From NCBI GenBank assembly GCA_038131935.1, contig JAYPQH010000022.1, positions 1-64,000 on the forward strand: 64,000 bases of DNA. Reading direction: 5' to 3'. This document shows, one piece after another, positions 10,040 through 19,311 of the stretch; position 1 is the stretch's first letter, and each line of letters begins with the position of its first letter. A program made the position numbers and the translations under genes. The notes under the pieces are model-generated. The model was not told the origin of the DNA, ran no database searches, and was given only the letters and a program-made list of their open reading frames with translations. This DNA comes from Alphaproteobacteria bacterium. Lineage in GTDB: Bacteria > Pseudomonadota > Alphaproteobacteria > UBA8317.

Positions 10040-10924
10040 ATGTTTGCCCCAGCACGAGAACTCATATGGTGCGTGTTTCCCACCAAGGAACTTGCCATAC
10101 AGCATGCCAAATCCTTAGGTATTGAGGCCGATCTGATCACCATGATGGATACAGATGAGGGTGTTCAGGTTGGGTATGGATGGTATGCGAGCGGCCATTT
10201 TATGGGTCAATCTGCATTTGCCCAAAATGTGGCACGGGCACATTCTCATCTCTTATTGGTACAAAAACATAATTCATCTATTTATGTATTGGCTATTCGG
10301 CATGGAATTATCGATCCAAGAACAGACAGATGCTTAACACAAGAGCGTGCGGATATTCTTCTTAAGCAACTAAAAGAAGAGGGCTATCAAGAACGTCAAC
10401 ATAAAAATGTAACATGCCGTCATATATACCGACTGCGACCTCTATCTTCTCGCCGGATGCAGCAAGGTCGGCAAAAATATTTTCTCATGCTTGCATGTCT
10501 TTTAATTCTGATATCGATTTTTGTTTGGCATGCTCATGACTTGGTTTTAAAACCTCAACCAGCATTGCCAACACAGCATCCAGCCATTTTAGGTTATGAC
10601 GCCGTGCAAGCTTGGGATATGTGTCATTCGTTAATGCGTGACCAGTTCACAATTAAAAAGCCTATATCGCTTGAATGCAAAGCGCATCATTTCGCAAACT
10701 TATCTTCCTCATCCACCTCGTCTTCTAAATTTCTAACAAGGGAAGCAATTCCCTCTTATTTGAGATGGGACGGTCAAGACCTCATCACAAAGACTGGTGT
10801 CTTAGGCGCCATATTTTTACACCAAAACAATATCTTTATCACCAAAATCACCATCACCTACAGCATAGCAAAAGGACAGCTTGTTCGCTTCCATACGCTC
10901 AAGACAGAAAGGACTTTGCCATGA
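10040..10924 (+). CDS. PilO-like type IVb pilus accessory protein
   Basis: Follows secretin; central TM; YVLAIRHGIIDP..D segment typical of PilO2; position in R64-type pil order. Confidence 0.55.
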   Translation: MFAPARELIWCVFPTKELAIQHAKSLGIEADLITMMDTDEGVQVGYGWYASGHFMGQSAFAQNVARAHSHLLLVQKHNSSIYVLAIRHGIIDPRTDRCLTQERADILLKQLKEEGYQERQHKNVTCRHIYRLRPLSSRRMQQGRQKYFLMLACLLILISIFVWHAHDLVLKPQPALPTQHPAILGYDAVQAWDMCHSLMRDQFTIKKPISLECKAHHFANLSSSSTSSSKFLTREAIPSYLRWDGQDLITKTGVLGAIFLHQNNIFITKITITYSIAKGQLVRFHTLKTERTLP

Positions 10925-11337
10925 ATTGGTATGCTCTGTTATTCACAGCCTTGCTTGCCTCCCCCGCAGCATCGGAAAATAGCCACCCCGAAACACCATC
11001 CAAACTTTATGAAGCATTGGAGCGTTTTGCGCTGAGTGAGCAATATCTCCATGCCAAGGGCACATTACTCCAACAGCAATTACAAAATGCGCAAATCCAA
11101 ACACAACTCTCTGAACTAAAGGGGGTGACACAACATTGGGTGCCTGGATTGCGCAGCATCACGGGGCCTACAGAGGAACCTCTTCTGACCATACAATATC
11201 CTGACAACCGTATTATCAAAACCACAATGCGTGAATTGGGAGAAGAATTCCATTGGGATAAAGGATCCATTTCAACATCCTTGTGTGGACGTAATATTGT
11301 TCTATTACCGACCCCTCAAAAAGTAACCTGCCCGTGA
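10921..11337 (+). CDS. PilP-like type IVb pilus protein
   Basis: ATG 10921 overlaps upstream stop; signal peptide, coiled coil, then P.LRSI.G.......I.YPD motif. Confidence 0.6.
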   Translation: MNWYALLFTALLASPAASENSHPETPSKLYEALERFALSEQYLHAKGTLLQQQLQNAQIQTQLSELKGVTQHWVPGLRSITGPTEEPLLTIQYPDNRIIKTTMRELGEEFHWDKGSISTSLCGRNIVLLPTPQKVTCP

Positions 11338-12647
11338 CAGTAAGCCTCGACATACCATCACATTTCGTGGGTAAAATTGCAGTCACACCGTCTGGAGTAT
11401 TACAGGTATCCAAAGGATATGAGCATGATCCTTATTTACATGTTCTCCACCGAAGAGCAGAACGTTTGGGGATTAAACTCCATCAAGTTGAAATGAACGT
11501 AACCCAGCAAAGTGGTACGTCACATCTTGAAAGTATGGAGCAAAACCGTCCCCAAGAAACATTACAAATGTTGCTTAAAAATATTCTTCAAGCCAGGGGT
11601 AGTGATCTGCATATCCATGTCACGAAGGACGTATGTTATGTACGTGGCCGGTTTCACGGAAACATGCAAACAATGGCCACATTTACTGCAGAATATGGGA
11701 CCAGACTTTGCGCATCATGCTTTCAGCTTTGTGAAACAACTGATGCAACCTTTTCTCCACATCAGGTACAAACGGGACGATTGGATGGCAGACTCGTTAC
11801 CTCAAGCATGGCATCCGCAAGGGTGCAATTCACACCAACCCATAATGATGGTTTGCTGATGGTTATTCGTGTTCAACGCACATGCTCAGATCATATCACA
11901 ACGTTTAAAAATATCTGGGGTGATGAGCGATGGACGCAAATTTCTGCCTACCTGCAGCATGGTTTAACACTTATCACCGGTCCAACAGGATCTGGAAAAA
12001 CAAGCCTTGCTTATGGACTTATGCAGCAAACCGCCCAAGACAACAGCACAGTCATGACGGTGGAGGACCCCCCTGAAATATCTTTAGATTTTGCGCAACA
12101 AATGTTGTTGCCGCATACCGATGATCCAACCAAACGCGAGAAGCATCAAATTCAAGCTCTGGCAGCTGCGTTAAGATGTGACCCTGATTATCTTCTCGTT
12201 GGTGAAATTCGACATGCCAGCACAGCACGGCTTGCATGGGATGCAGCGCGCACTGGACATCCTGTTGTTGCCACCATGCATGCCTCAAATGCATCAGCTG
12301 CCTATGCGCGGCTCAGACAATTTGGCATCAACCAAGACGAACTCCCTCAAGTTATAAGTATCATGATTGATATCCGATTACTTGGAGAGCTCTGCTCATC
12401 CTGCGCGAAGCCAACCTCTGAATATGAAATGGATCAAGCAAAAAAATGGTTCGGTGGAAAAGTAGATCTCAGCGATTTAAAACAAAAAGGGACAGGATGT
12501 GATAATTGCAGAGCAGGTTATGTAAACCGTATACCCTTTGTCCGTCTTTCAAACCAAAATATCAAGGAACGCTGGGTAGATATTTTGGCGAAGCCACTCC
12601 TCAAGGGCTCTATCGCCATACCATCATGGCTTAACATGGAACTTTAG
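11334..12647 (+). CDS. pilQ: Type IV pilus extension ATPase (PilQ/BfpD/GspE family)
   Basis: SDLHI, GPTGSGKT, TVEDPPE, LRCDPD.LLVGEIR, TGH.V.ATMHA, zinc motif CSSC...CDNC. Confidence 0.9.
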   Translation: MTVSLDIPSHFVGKIAVTPSGVLQVSKGYEHDPYLHVLHRRAERLGIKLHQVEMNVTQQSGTSHLESMEQNRPQETLQMLLKNILQARGSDLHIHVTKDVCYVRGRFHGNMQTMATFTAEYGTRLCASCFQLCETTDATFSPHQVQTGRLDGRLVTSSMASARVQFTPTHNDGLLMVIRVQRTCSDHITTFKNIWGDERWTQISAYLQHGLTLITGPTGSGKTSLAYGLMQQTAQDNSTVMTVEDPPEISLDFAQQMLLPHTDDPTKREKHQIQALAAALRCDPDYLLVGEIRHASTARLAWDAARTGHPVVATMHASNASAAYARLRQFGINQDELPQVISIMIDIRLLGELCSSCAKPTSEYEMDQAKKWFGGKVDLSDLKQKGTGCDNCRAGYVNRIPFVRLSNQNIKERWVDILAKPLLKGSIAIPSWLNMEL

Positions 12648-13627
12648 ATGGTTAGAAGTTTAGATCCTGTTTTGATCACCTTGCAACAAGGTTTGCGGCA
12701 AGGCAGACCATTACCTAGCCTGCTGATCAGGCTTAGGCAGCATCCGCAGGTCGAAACCAGGCGGATTGCCCAAAAATGCCACCATCACATCATGTCAGGG
12801 CATAGTTTAAGCTTTGCTCTCAGACCTTTCTTAAGCTCAGATACGTATCTGTTGGTCGCTATATTAGAAAAGCGTGGTGCAATCGATAAAGCCCTGGCGC
12901 TCGTGATAGAAAGGCAGAGAAAATGGAGACAGTTGCGTGAAAGATGCTGGCCATTATTCATCACACCCCTGGTTCTTTTTATTGGGCTTCTTGCTATTTC
13001 TCTGATGCTAAAGCTATCCATTCTGCCCACGCTAAAGACTGTTCCAAACCTACCACAAGAGAGCCTTGCTTGGTTAGAATTTCTGGTACGCTCCTTCTGC
13101 GTGACCTTCCCATCCTTATTTGCATCAGCTTAACCCTAGCTGGCTTGGCACTGAAATTTCATGCGGTGTGGGTGGGGCCGGTTAGGACATTGGTTGATAT
13201 GTTCACCCCCATGAGCCTCCTTGCGCATATTCGAGGGTTGATGGTGAACCGCATATTAATGGAAAGTTTGGAACATGGAGGACGATTTGAGCCAACTTTG
13301 CGTACCCTCCTAGAACAAGCAGATCCTTGGCTTTCTTCAAGGCTACATCCATTACATAGCCGCATTATGGCAGGCCACCATATATCAGTAGCTTTACAAT
13401 TAATGCCCTGGAAAATGGTCCCTCAAAATCTGATCGATATTTGGGCTGTTACTTCATCAGAGCATTTGGATCTCATGCGTGATACCCAAAATGAGTGGGA
13501 AACATCATTGCTTACAAAACTTGAATATGCCGTGGCATGGCTTAGAACCGCCATGCTTATAGCTGCAGCAAGCCTTCTAGGCAGTACAGCTTGGATACTT
13601 CATGTTATCCAAACCAGTTTACGATAA
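12648..13627 (+). pseudogene. pilR: PilR/GspF-family inner-membrane platform protein, split by a frameshift at ~13080
   Basis: Two GspF-like repeats (G.SLS.AL; GH.ISVAL) in ORFs 12648..13133 and 12944..13627; one missing base at GAATTTCT restores a single frame. Confidence 0.75.
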
Positions 13628-13702
13628 GCGGTTATTCGTATCATCAATCAATATCTTCATACATTCATCCTTTCTTCTCCATGACAAATAAGGGATTCAG
13701 GT

Positions 13703-14230
13703 ATGTTGATAACATTTTCTCGCAAAAGACTGCGCCGTGGCGCGGATCTTGTTAACGCTATGTTTTATCTTGTTGTTGCTGCCACTGTGATGGCGGGAGC
13801 CAGTCTTGCTTTTCAAGAATCCATAGAGCGGCACAAACAACAAAATGCTGTTCGTCAGACATTGGCCATGGCCGAGGCGGTTCGCAACATCTTTCTGGTA
13901 CCACCCAGCCAAATCACCACTTTAGGTGCAGACCTCACAAATCTTCTGCTCCAATCAAACTTGGTACCACAAGATATGCAAAGCCAAACTGGTCTCGCAC
14001 ATGCCTTCGGTGGTTCGGTACATGTTACGCAAGCTGATGGTCATATATTTTTAGCATTTGACAATATTCCACGTGATAATTGTACACGCATGGCACTTGC
14101 CATTGTTGATGCCCTGGAAGTCAAAACCACAAATGGCAAATCCAACCTAGCACCACGAACACATAAAGAATTGATCATGGAAGATTGTTTGGCTGATGAA
14201 ACAACCAATCTTACATGGAAACTGCTTTAA
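13703..14230 (+). CDS. pilS: Type IVb major pilin (PilS-like)
   Basis: Basic leader RKRLRRG then hydrophobic helix, HAFGGSVHV and FDNIP..NC motifs, two Cys. Confidence 0.8.
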   Translation: MLITFSRKRLRRGADLVNAMFYLVVAATVMAGASLAFQESIERHKQQNAVRQTLAMAEAVRNIFLVPPSQITTLGADLTNLLLQSNLVPQDMQSQTGLAHAFGGSVHVTQADGHIFLAFDNIPRDNCTRMALAIVDALEVKTTNGKSNLAPRTHKELIMEDCLADETTNLTWKLL

Positions 14231-14233
14231 AAC

Positions 14234-14587
14234 ATGCGTGCATCCGGCTATATATCTAGCCTCACGTTGGTGATGACAATGACCATGGCGACAGCCATGG
14301 TTGCAGAGCAAGCTCGCTGGCAGGCAGAACAAGCAAAAGCAAGACAGCTTGCAGCACAGATTAACTTAGACTTGGAACTAGTTAATAGTGAGCCCCCACT
14401 TAATCCTGGTACAATTGTAAACCTCCCATCAGGACGTACAGCTAAGTCCTATAACCACCAGGATCAAACCTACACAGCGATCATTATCAAGCCAATGCCA
14501 ACATATATAAATGCCTTTGCAAGCTTGGTAACGGGTGCTTTGGTCCGCGATGGTGACCAGCTTCTGGTGCTGGGTGGCAAACGTTGA
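14234..14587 (+). CDS. Minor pilin-like protein (PilV N-terminus/PilM-like)
   Basis: MRASG followed by hydrophobic helix and A...A.Q amphipathic helix; located between pilin and peptidase. Confidence 0.5.
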   Translation: MRASGYISSLTLVMTMTMATAMVAEQARWQAEQAKARQLAAQINLDLELVNSEPPLNPGTIVNLPSGRTAKSYNHQDQTYTAIIIKPMPTYINAFASLVTGALVRDGDQLLVLGGKR

Positions 14588-15117
14588 TGTTGGGTCCCTG
14601 CGGTCTTGCTATGCGCATGCTGGATTCCACAAAAATGCGCGCACTTCCCTATCCATCATTGTCCCAAGAGATATTGATGATGGGCGTATTATTGTTCGTT
14701 GAAAAAAGCCTATTTGCTTGTGTTCTAGCACTTATTGCCCTTGAGGACGGATTTCGTAGGCGTCACCATGAATTTGTATGGCTGGGATCACTCGTTATGT
14801 TGTGGCTCACAGATCATACCTGGGATTATCTTGCTCCGTTTTGGCCTTCATTGGCACTACTTACCACAAGGGTATTAGGATCCTTTCAATTTCAAAGGCC
14901 AGGTTGGTCGGTTATAGGCATGGGCGATATTTTGGGCGCTGTACCCCTTGCACTTTGGATGGGTGGAACAGCCACATGTTTGGCCTTCGCTCTTTCATCC
15001 TTTATCGGCTCCTGCCTCAAACATCATCACCACCCTCTTTTACGCGATAGCATCATCATCCTCTGCATATTTGAAGGACTAAATATATTATGGTTCGAAC
15101 TCTTTTTGTCATCATGA
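14584..15117 (+). CDS. Prepilin peptidase (A24, PilU-like)
   Basis: Multi-TM; first Asp in LEDGFRR and GMGD catalytic motif. Confidence 0.7.
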   Translation: MMLGPCGLAMRMLDSTKMRALPYPSLSQEILMMGVLLFVEKSLFACVLALIALEDGFRRRHHEFVWLGSLVMLWLTDHTWDYLAPFWPSLALLTTRVLGSFQFQRPGWSVIGMGDILGAVPLALWMGGTATCLAFALSSFIGSCLKHHHHPLLRDSIIILCIFEGLNILWFELFLSS

Positions 15118-15398
15118 TCATCTTAACAGGTAAAGTATGGGCCATGTCCTGTGATCAAGAATGGTTGGGAAAACTATCCCATGCCAGCCGCCTTGGTGCT
15201 GAGGCACGTTATCGTTCCATCACAGACATCAGCCCACTTTTGTTACGCCAAAAGGATCTGAGATGTTTGGAAAAAATCAGCGGTTTGTCCTCAGAAATGC
15301 TCCAACAATTATCGAAGGGACTTCTTATTCCTGGCCATGACCTCAATACCGTCTGCCAAAACTGGCAAAAATTGGATGGGTTACCATGGGCAGATTAA
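15090..15398 (+). CDS. Hypothetical exported protein with 3 Cys
   Basis: Signal peptide ending VWA; overlaps both neighbours in the operon. Confidence 0.55.
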   Translation: MVRTLFVIMIILTGKVWAMSCDQEWLGKLSHASRLGAEARYRSITDISPLLLRQKDLRCLEKISGLSSEMLQQLSKGLLIPGHDLNTVCQNWQKLDGLPWAD

Positions 15399-16198
15399 TT
15401 CTATTCCTATCACTCCTGTTCACAAGCCAATCGATGGCGCAATATTTTCAATCACCCACCATGATAGAAACAAGTATTCAAGAGAGCATTCAAGGGCTTA
15501 CAGAAAACCTCATAGATCATGATGTCAAACAAAGTACCCAAGCCATTGTGCGCGAACATCACATGTCTGAGGCCTATTGTGCCTATTCCCAACAACAGGT
15601 TTTTCCACGACTTGATTCAGAAAACATTCGATCTTGGGCACAGTATCTCTCCGAAGATAAATTTTCCCAACAGCTTAGCCACCGTGGAACGAGAGCTCGG
15701 GCCCTCATCGAGCTTTATAAGGATATAGAGCAAGATGACATACATAATTTTTCAAACCATATCTTGGGCCATAGCATTCCAAGTACTCAGACCGTCAGTT
15801 ATTTGGTTCATGCACTTGCCGACCGAGGTCATCTTGCACCAAAAATGCTGCAACATACCCAAAGCCAAGAACTCTATCTTCAAGCTACATTACGGCGAAG
15901 CCTGGCCCGACAAGGGCTCATCACTCTTATTGGGTTAGGCCATCCAGAACCAAACAGCTCAAAACAGACTGCCTCATCCAAAGATGAAGAAATCCTCATG
16001 CTTGCAGGGATGAGTGAGCGGGAACTGCTCATGGCACTTGTTCTGGAACATAGAAAAAATCAAAGCTATTTGGCGAATATAGACGCAAGTCTAAGGCTTG
16101 TCGCCCTAACATCCATGGCACAACTTGCTGACACCTCTATACAGCTTCAACAAGGCATTCGATGGTCAGAATATCAAAGCAGTAAAGAGCAACAATAA
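15386..16198 (+). CDS. Hypothetical exported helical protein
   Basis: 270 aa ORF, signal peptide ending SMA, operon-coupled. Confidence 0.65.
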   Translation: MGRLILFLSLLFTSQSMAQYFQSPTMIETSIQESIQGLTENLIDHDVKQSTQAIVREHHMSEAYCAYSQQQVFPRLDSENIRSWAQYLSEDKFSQQLSHRGTRARALIELYKDIEQDDIHNFSNHILGHSIPSTQTVSYLVHALADRGHLAPKMLQHTQSQELYLQATLRRSLARQGLITLIGLGHPEPNSSKQTASSKDEEILMLAGMSERELLMALVLEHRKNQSYLANIDASLRLVALTSMAQLADTSIQLQQGIRWSEYQSSKEQQ

Positions 16199-16302
16199 TC
16201 ATAGTGGCCTCAGCGCTAAACTTTTTCTTGCCATATTTCAGACTCAAATTGCCACAAAGTCCTCATCATATTTCTTCTCATAACAAAAAAAAGGAGGATA
16301 TT

Positions 16303-16647
16303 TTGATCAACAAAGCTACCAACCAGAATCCAGCACCTGTTTCATCTCAGTGCATCATTCATAGATTAACAACCATTTATATTCGAGAAGCGCGGAAGCT
16401 TATTCCAGACGCATCTCCTTCATCAATCATGCTATTTGCCACCTTGGTGGAACGGCCTATTCCAGTGAGTGTTAGAGCATTGGCAAAAAGTACAACCATC
16501 CCTCACGAGACGGTGCGACGCCATCTTTGCAAGATGCATCAAGCTGGATTGCTCGAAAAAAACAGAGATCGAAAATATATTCCTACTGCCTTGGGTTTGG
16601 AGACCGCAGAGCGGCTCAATAGGGTTGTCCTTCAGTCTATTCATTAA
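16303..16647 (+). CDS. Winged helix-turn-helix DNA-binding protein
   Basis: PVSVRALAKSTTIPHETVRRHL..M...GLL; AAGGAGG RBS at 16291-16297 before TTG 16303 (ORF open from 16204). Confidence 0.75.
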   Translation: MINKATNQNPAPVSSQCIIHRLTTIYIREARKLIPDASPSSIMLFATLVERPIPVSVRALAKSTTIPHETVRRHLCKMHQAGLLEKNRDRKYIPTALGLETAERLNRVVLQSIH

Positions 16648-16818
16648 CAAAAAATTTCACCCAGCATTCCTCTGTGATGAGATATTGGGATGAATATTAA
16701 TTTTATCTGCAAAAAAGGTTGCATACTGATGATGTCCACGCCACCATCGCTTTATTATTTTCTAGTTAGAGATCACGAAGTGATCATGGTGTTTTCAAAA
16801 GTTAGATGAGGAAAAGCT

Positions 16819-17688
16819 ATGAAAAAATTACAACGATGGTATGACCTTTCATCAGAGGGATTAGAAGCGTCCTTTAACCCGCGTGCGACATTGGGCGAAG
16901 AGGTAGCTGCTCTTATTGAAGCTTGGATGAAGGGATCTGCTGCTACGACGCCTCAACTACCTGGACCTTTCGATCTCACGTATGGTGACCATTCATTATG
17001 CAATTTTGATGTTCATCCTGGTCGAGATAATCATCCCTTAATGATCTTTATCCATGGAGGAGCTTGGCGCGCTTTGGATAAATCCTCCATGAATCAACAT
17101 GTACTTGCCATGCACCAAAGGGGTTGGCACGTCATCAATATGAATTATCCATTATGCCCAGAGGTGAGCATCACCGAGATATATAATGGGTTACGCGACG
17201 GTATAATGAACATTCTTTCACGCCTCAGCGAATGGAATATTACGCCATCTGTCACCCTTGTAGGTGGCCATTCTGCTGGAGGTCATGCGGCATGTTGGCT
17301 AGCTCGTGAAGAGATTTGCCATGGAAAATTTGATGGCGTTGTCTCTGTAAGTGGTGTTTATGAACTGGGCGCTATTGCCGGGACAAGCATTCAAGATGAT
17401 GTTTCTTTTAGCTCCTTAGAGATCGCTAATATGGATCTTGTCACAAACCCACCACAGAACATTCCAATATTAGCCACCGTAGGTGGATCAGAACCTGAGG
17501 CATGGCTTGCAAGTCATGGTGACTTTGCAGCCTCAGCGGGACAATCAGGCTGCCAACTTGAGTTATTCGTCATCCCTAACACCAATCATTTTACAGTTAT
17601 GGACGCCACGGTAGAAGGTCCTAACAGCCAACAACTTGATGATTTTGCCAAGCGACTGATAGCCGCAAAGAACATCGCTTCATCTTGA
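16819..17688 (+). CDS. Alpha/beta hydrolase (arylformamidase/esterase-like)
   Basis: HGGAW oxyanion motif, GHSAGGH nucleophile elbow, NHF catalytic His. Confidence 0.85.
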   Translation: MKKLQRWYDLSSEGLEASFNPRATLGEEVAALIEAWMKGSAATTPQLPGPFDLTYGDHSLCNFDVHPGRDNHPLMIFIHGGAWRALDKSSMNQHVLAMHQRGWHVINMNYPLCPEVSITEIYNGLRDGIMNILSRLSEWNITPSVTLVGGHSAGGHAACWLAREEICHGKFDGVVSVSGVYELGAIAGTSIQDDVSFSSLEIANMDLVTNPPQNIPILATVGGSEPEAWLASHGDFAASAGQSGCQLELFVIPNTNHFTVMDATVEGPNSQQLDDFAKRLIAAKNIASS

Positions 17689-17764
17689 CAATTCCGGAGA
17701 CTCGTCAAAGGCTTTGAAAGGCTCAATTTTTCTCCCTTGGGCCTTTATTATAGGAGCAAGTAAG

Positions 17765-18730
17765 ATGAACAAAATGATCGTAGGGTCAGCTATCGCAGCA
17801 ACGATGTCAGCGACCATGGCAATGGCCGCATCTTGGGATATGCCAACACCTTACCCCGAAGCAGAATTTCACACCAAAAACGTCCAAATGTTTGTTGAAG
17901 ACGTTGCCAAGGCTACAAATGGAAGTTTAACCATCAAGGTACATTCTGGGCAGTCTCTGTTTAAGCACCCAGAAATCAAGCGTGCTGTGCAAACAAATCA
18001 AGTTCCCATTGGCGAAATGTTGATGGCCAACTTGCAAAATGATGATGCTATTTTTGGTGTTGATGCGGTTCCATTTTTGGCAACAAACTACGCTGATGCC
18101 AAAAAGCTATGGGATGCACAACGTGATTTGGTACAAGAAAGTCTTTCAAAACAGGGACTGCAGCTTCTCTACGCTGTACCCTGGCCGGGTCAAGGCTTTT
18201 ACGCCAAAAAGCCAATCAATAGTCTTAATGATCTGCAAGGTGTAAAATTCCGTACATATAATGCTGCTACTGCCAACATGGCTGAATTGATGGGTGCTGT
18301 TCCCACCATTGTTGAAGCTGTAGAAATTCCACAAGCCTTCTCAACTGGCGTGGTTGACGCGATGGTAACCTCAGGTGCTACAGGCCAGAGAACCAAGGCA
18401 TGGGATTTTTCCACCCACTTCTATGACCTGAATGCATGGATGCCTAAAAACATGATCTTCGTGAATAAGCGCGCCTTTGCAAAGCTCAGCTCAAGTGAAC
18501 AAAAAGCATTGTTGGACGCTGCAGCCACAGCAGAAACCCGTGGCTGGCAGATGTCTGAGGATATCGCTTCAGCTTCAACAAAAGCCTTGGGTGCCGCTGG
18601 CATGACAGTAGAAGCTGGCTCAGAAACCTTGGTTAATGGCTTAAAAGGTATCGGTGAAACACTCACAAAACAATGGCTGAAGAATGCCGGTGATCGAGGC
18701 GAAACCATCATGAAGGCCTACCAAAATTAA
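17765..18730 (+). CDS. dctP: TRAP transporter substrate-binding protein (DctP6/7-like)
   Basis: Signal peptide; WDMPTPYP, PWPGQG, KFRTY, MGAVPT..EIPQAFSTGVVDAM; GGAG RBS before ATG 17765. Confidence 0.92.
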   Translation: MNKMIVGSAIAATMSATMAMAASWDMPTPYPEAEFHTKNVQMFVEDVAKATNGSLTIKVHSGQSLFKHPEIKRAVQTNQVPIGEMLMANLQNDDAIFGVDAVPFLATNYADAKKLWDAQRDLVQESLSKQGLQLLYAVPWPGQGFYAKKPINSLNDLQGVKFRTYNAATANMAELMGAVPTIVEAVEIPQAFSTGVVDAMVTSGATGQRTKAWDFSTHFYDLNAWMPKNMIFVNKRAFAKLSSSEQKALLDAAATAETRGWQMSEDIASASTKALGAAGMTVEAGSETLVNGLKGIGETLTKQWLKNAGDRGETIMKAYQN

Positions 18731-18759
18731 AAATTTACCGCATGGATAAATAAAATGAG

Positions 18760-18785
18760 CTGGGCTGACTTGACCGTCAGCCCGG
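18760..18785 (+). other. Stem-loop after dctP (mRNA stabiliser/attenuator)
   Basis: GGGCTGAC-ttgacc-GTCAGCCC at 18762-18783 without U-tract. Confidence 0.5.
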
Positions 18786-18807
18786 TATCAAATTTAGGGA
18801 TTATTTC

Positions 18808-19311
18808 ATGGTATTAGATAGAATATTCCAAGCCTGCGGCGCACTATCTGCGTGCTTTTTGGCAGGAATTTGCGTCTTGGTGCTTGCACAAATCATCGCA
18901 AGGTTAATGGGTGCTATGATTCCATCCGCGGATGAATTCGCTGGATATTGTCTTTCTGCATCGTCATTTCTTGCTCTGGGTTATGCGCTCCGTTGTAACG
19001 CACATATACGTGTCACATTGATTTTAGACCGTTTGGGACCTCAATGGCGTCGCCCAATAGAGATCGGCGTGGTGTTGGCTGGTTTGTTTATATCTTCCGT
19101 ACTAAGCTATTACACGATAGAAATGGTGTATTTTTCGATCATTTTTAATGATATGACCCAAGGTCTTATACCTATCCCTCTCTGGATTCCACAAATGGGA
19201 ATGGTGTTGGGTGTTGTTATGCTCTCCATTGCATTTTTCGTGGATGCACTCACCTTATGCCGCGGCGGAACACCAAGTTACATGCGCACAACAATAGGAG
19301 GCCTATCCTAA
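18808..19311 (+). CDS. dctQ: TRAP small permease
   Basis: 4 TM, E.AGY, HIRV motif, P.WIPQ. Confidence 0.92.
   Translation: MVLDRIFQACGALSACFLAGICVLVLAQIIARLMGAMIPSADEFAGYCLSASSFLALGYALRCNAHIRVTLILDRLGPQWRRPIEIGVVLAGLFISSVLSYYTIEMVYFSIIFNDMTQGLIPIPLWIPQMGMVLGVVMLSIAFFVDALTLCRGGTPSYMRTTIGGLS

Noticed and set aside
4997-16647. Calling the locus an ICE, prophage or integrated plasmid
   Set aside because: No integrase, relaxase, rep, tRNA or direct repeat seen, and no obvious compositional break at the right edge; the left edge is not observable.
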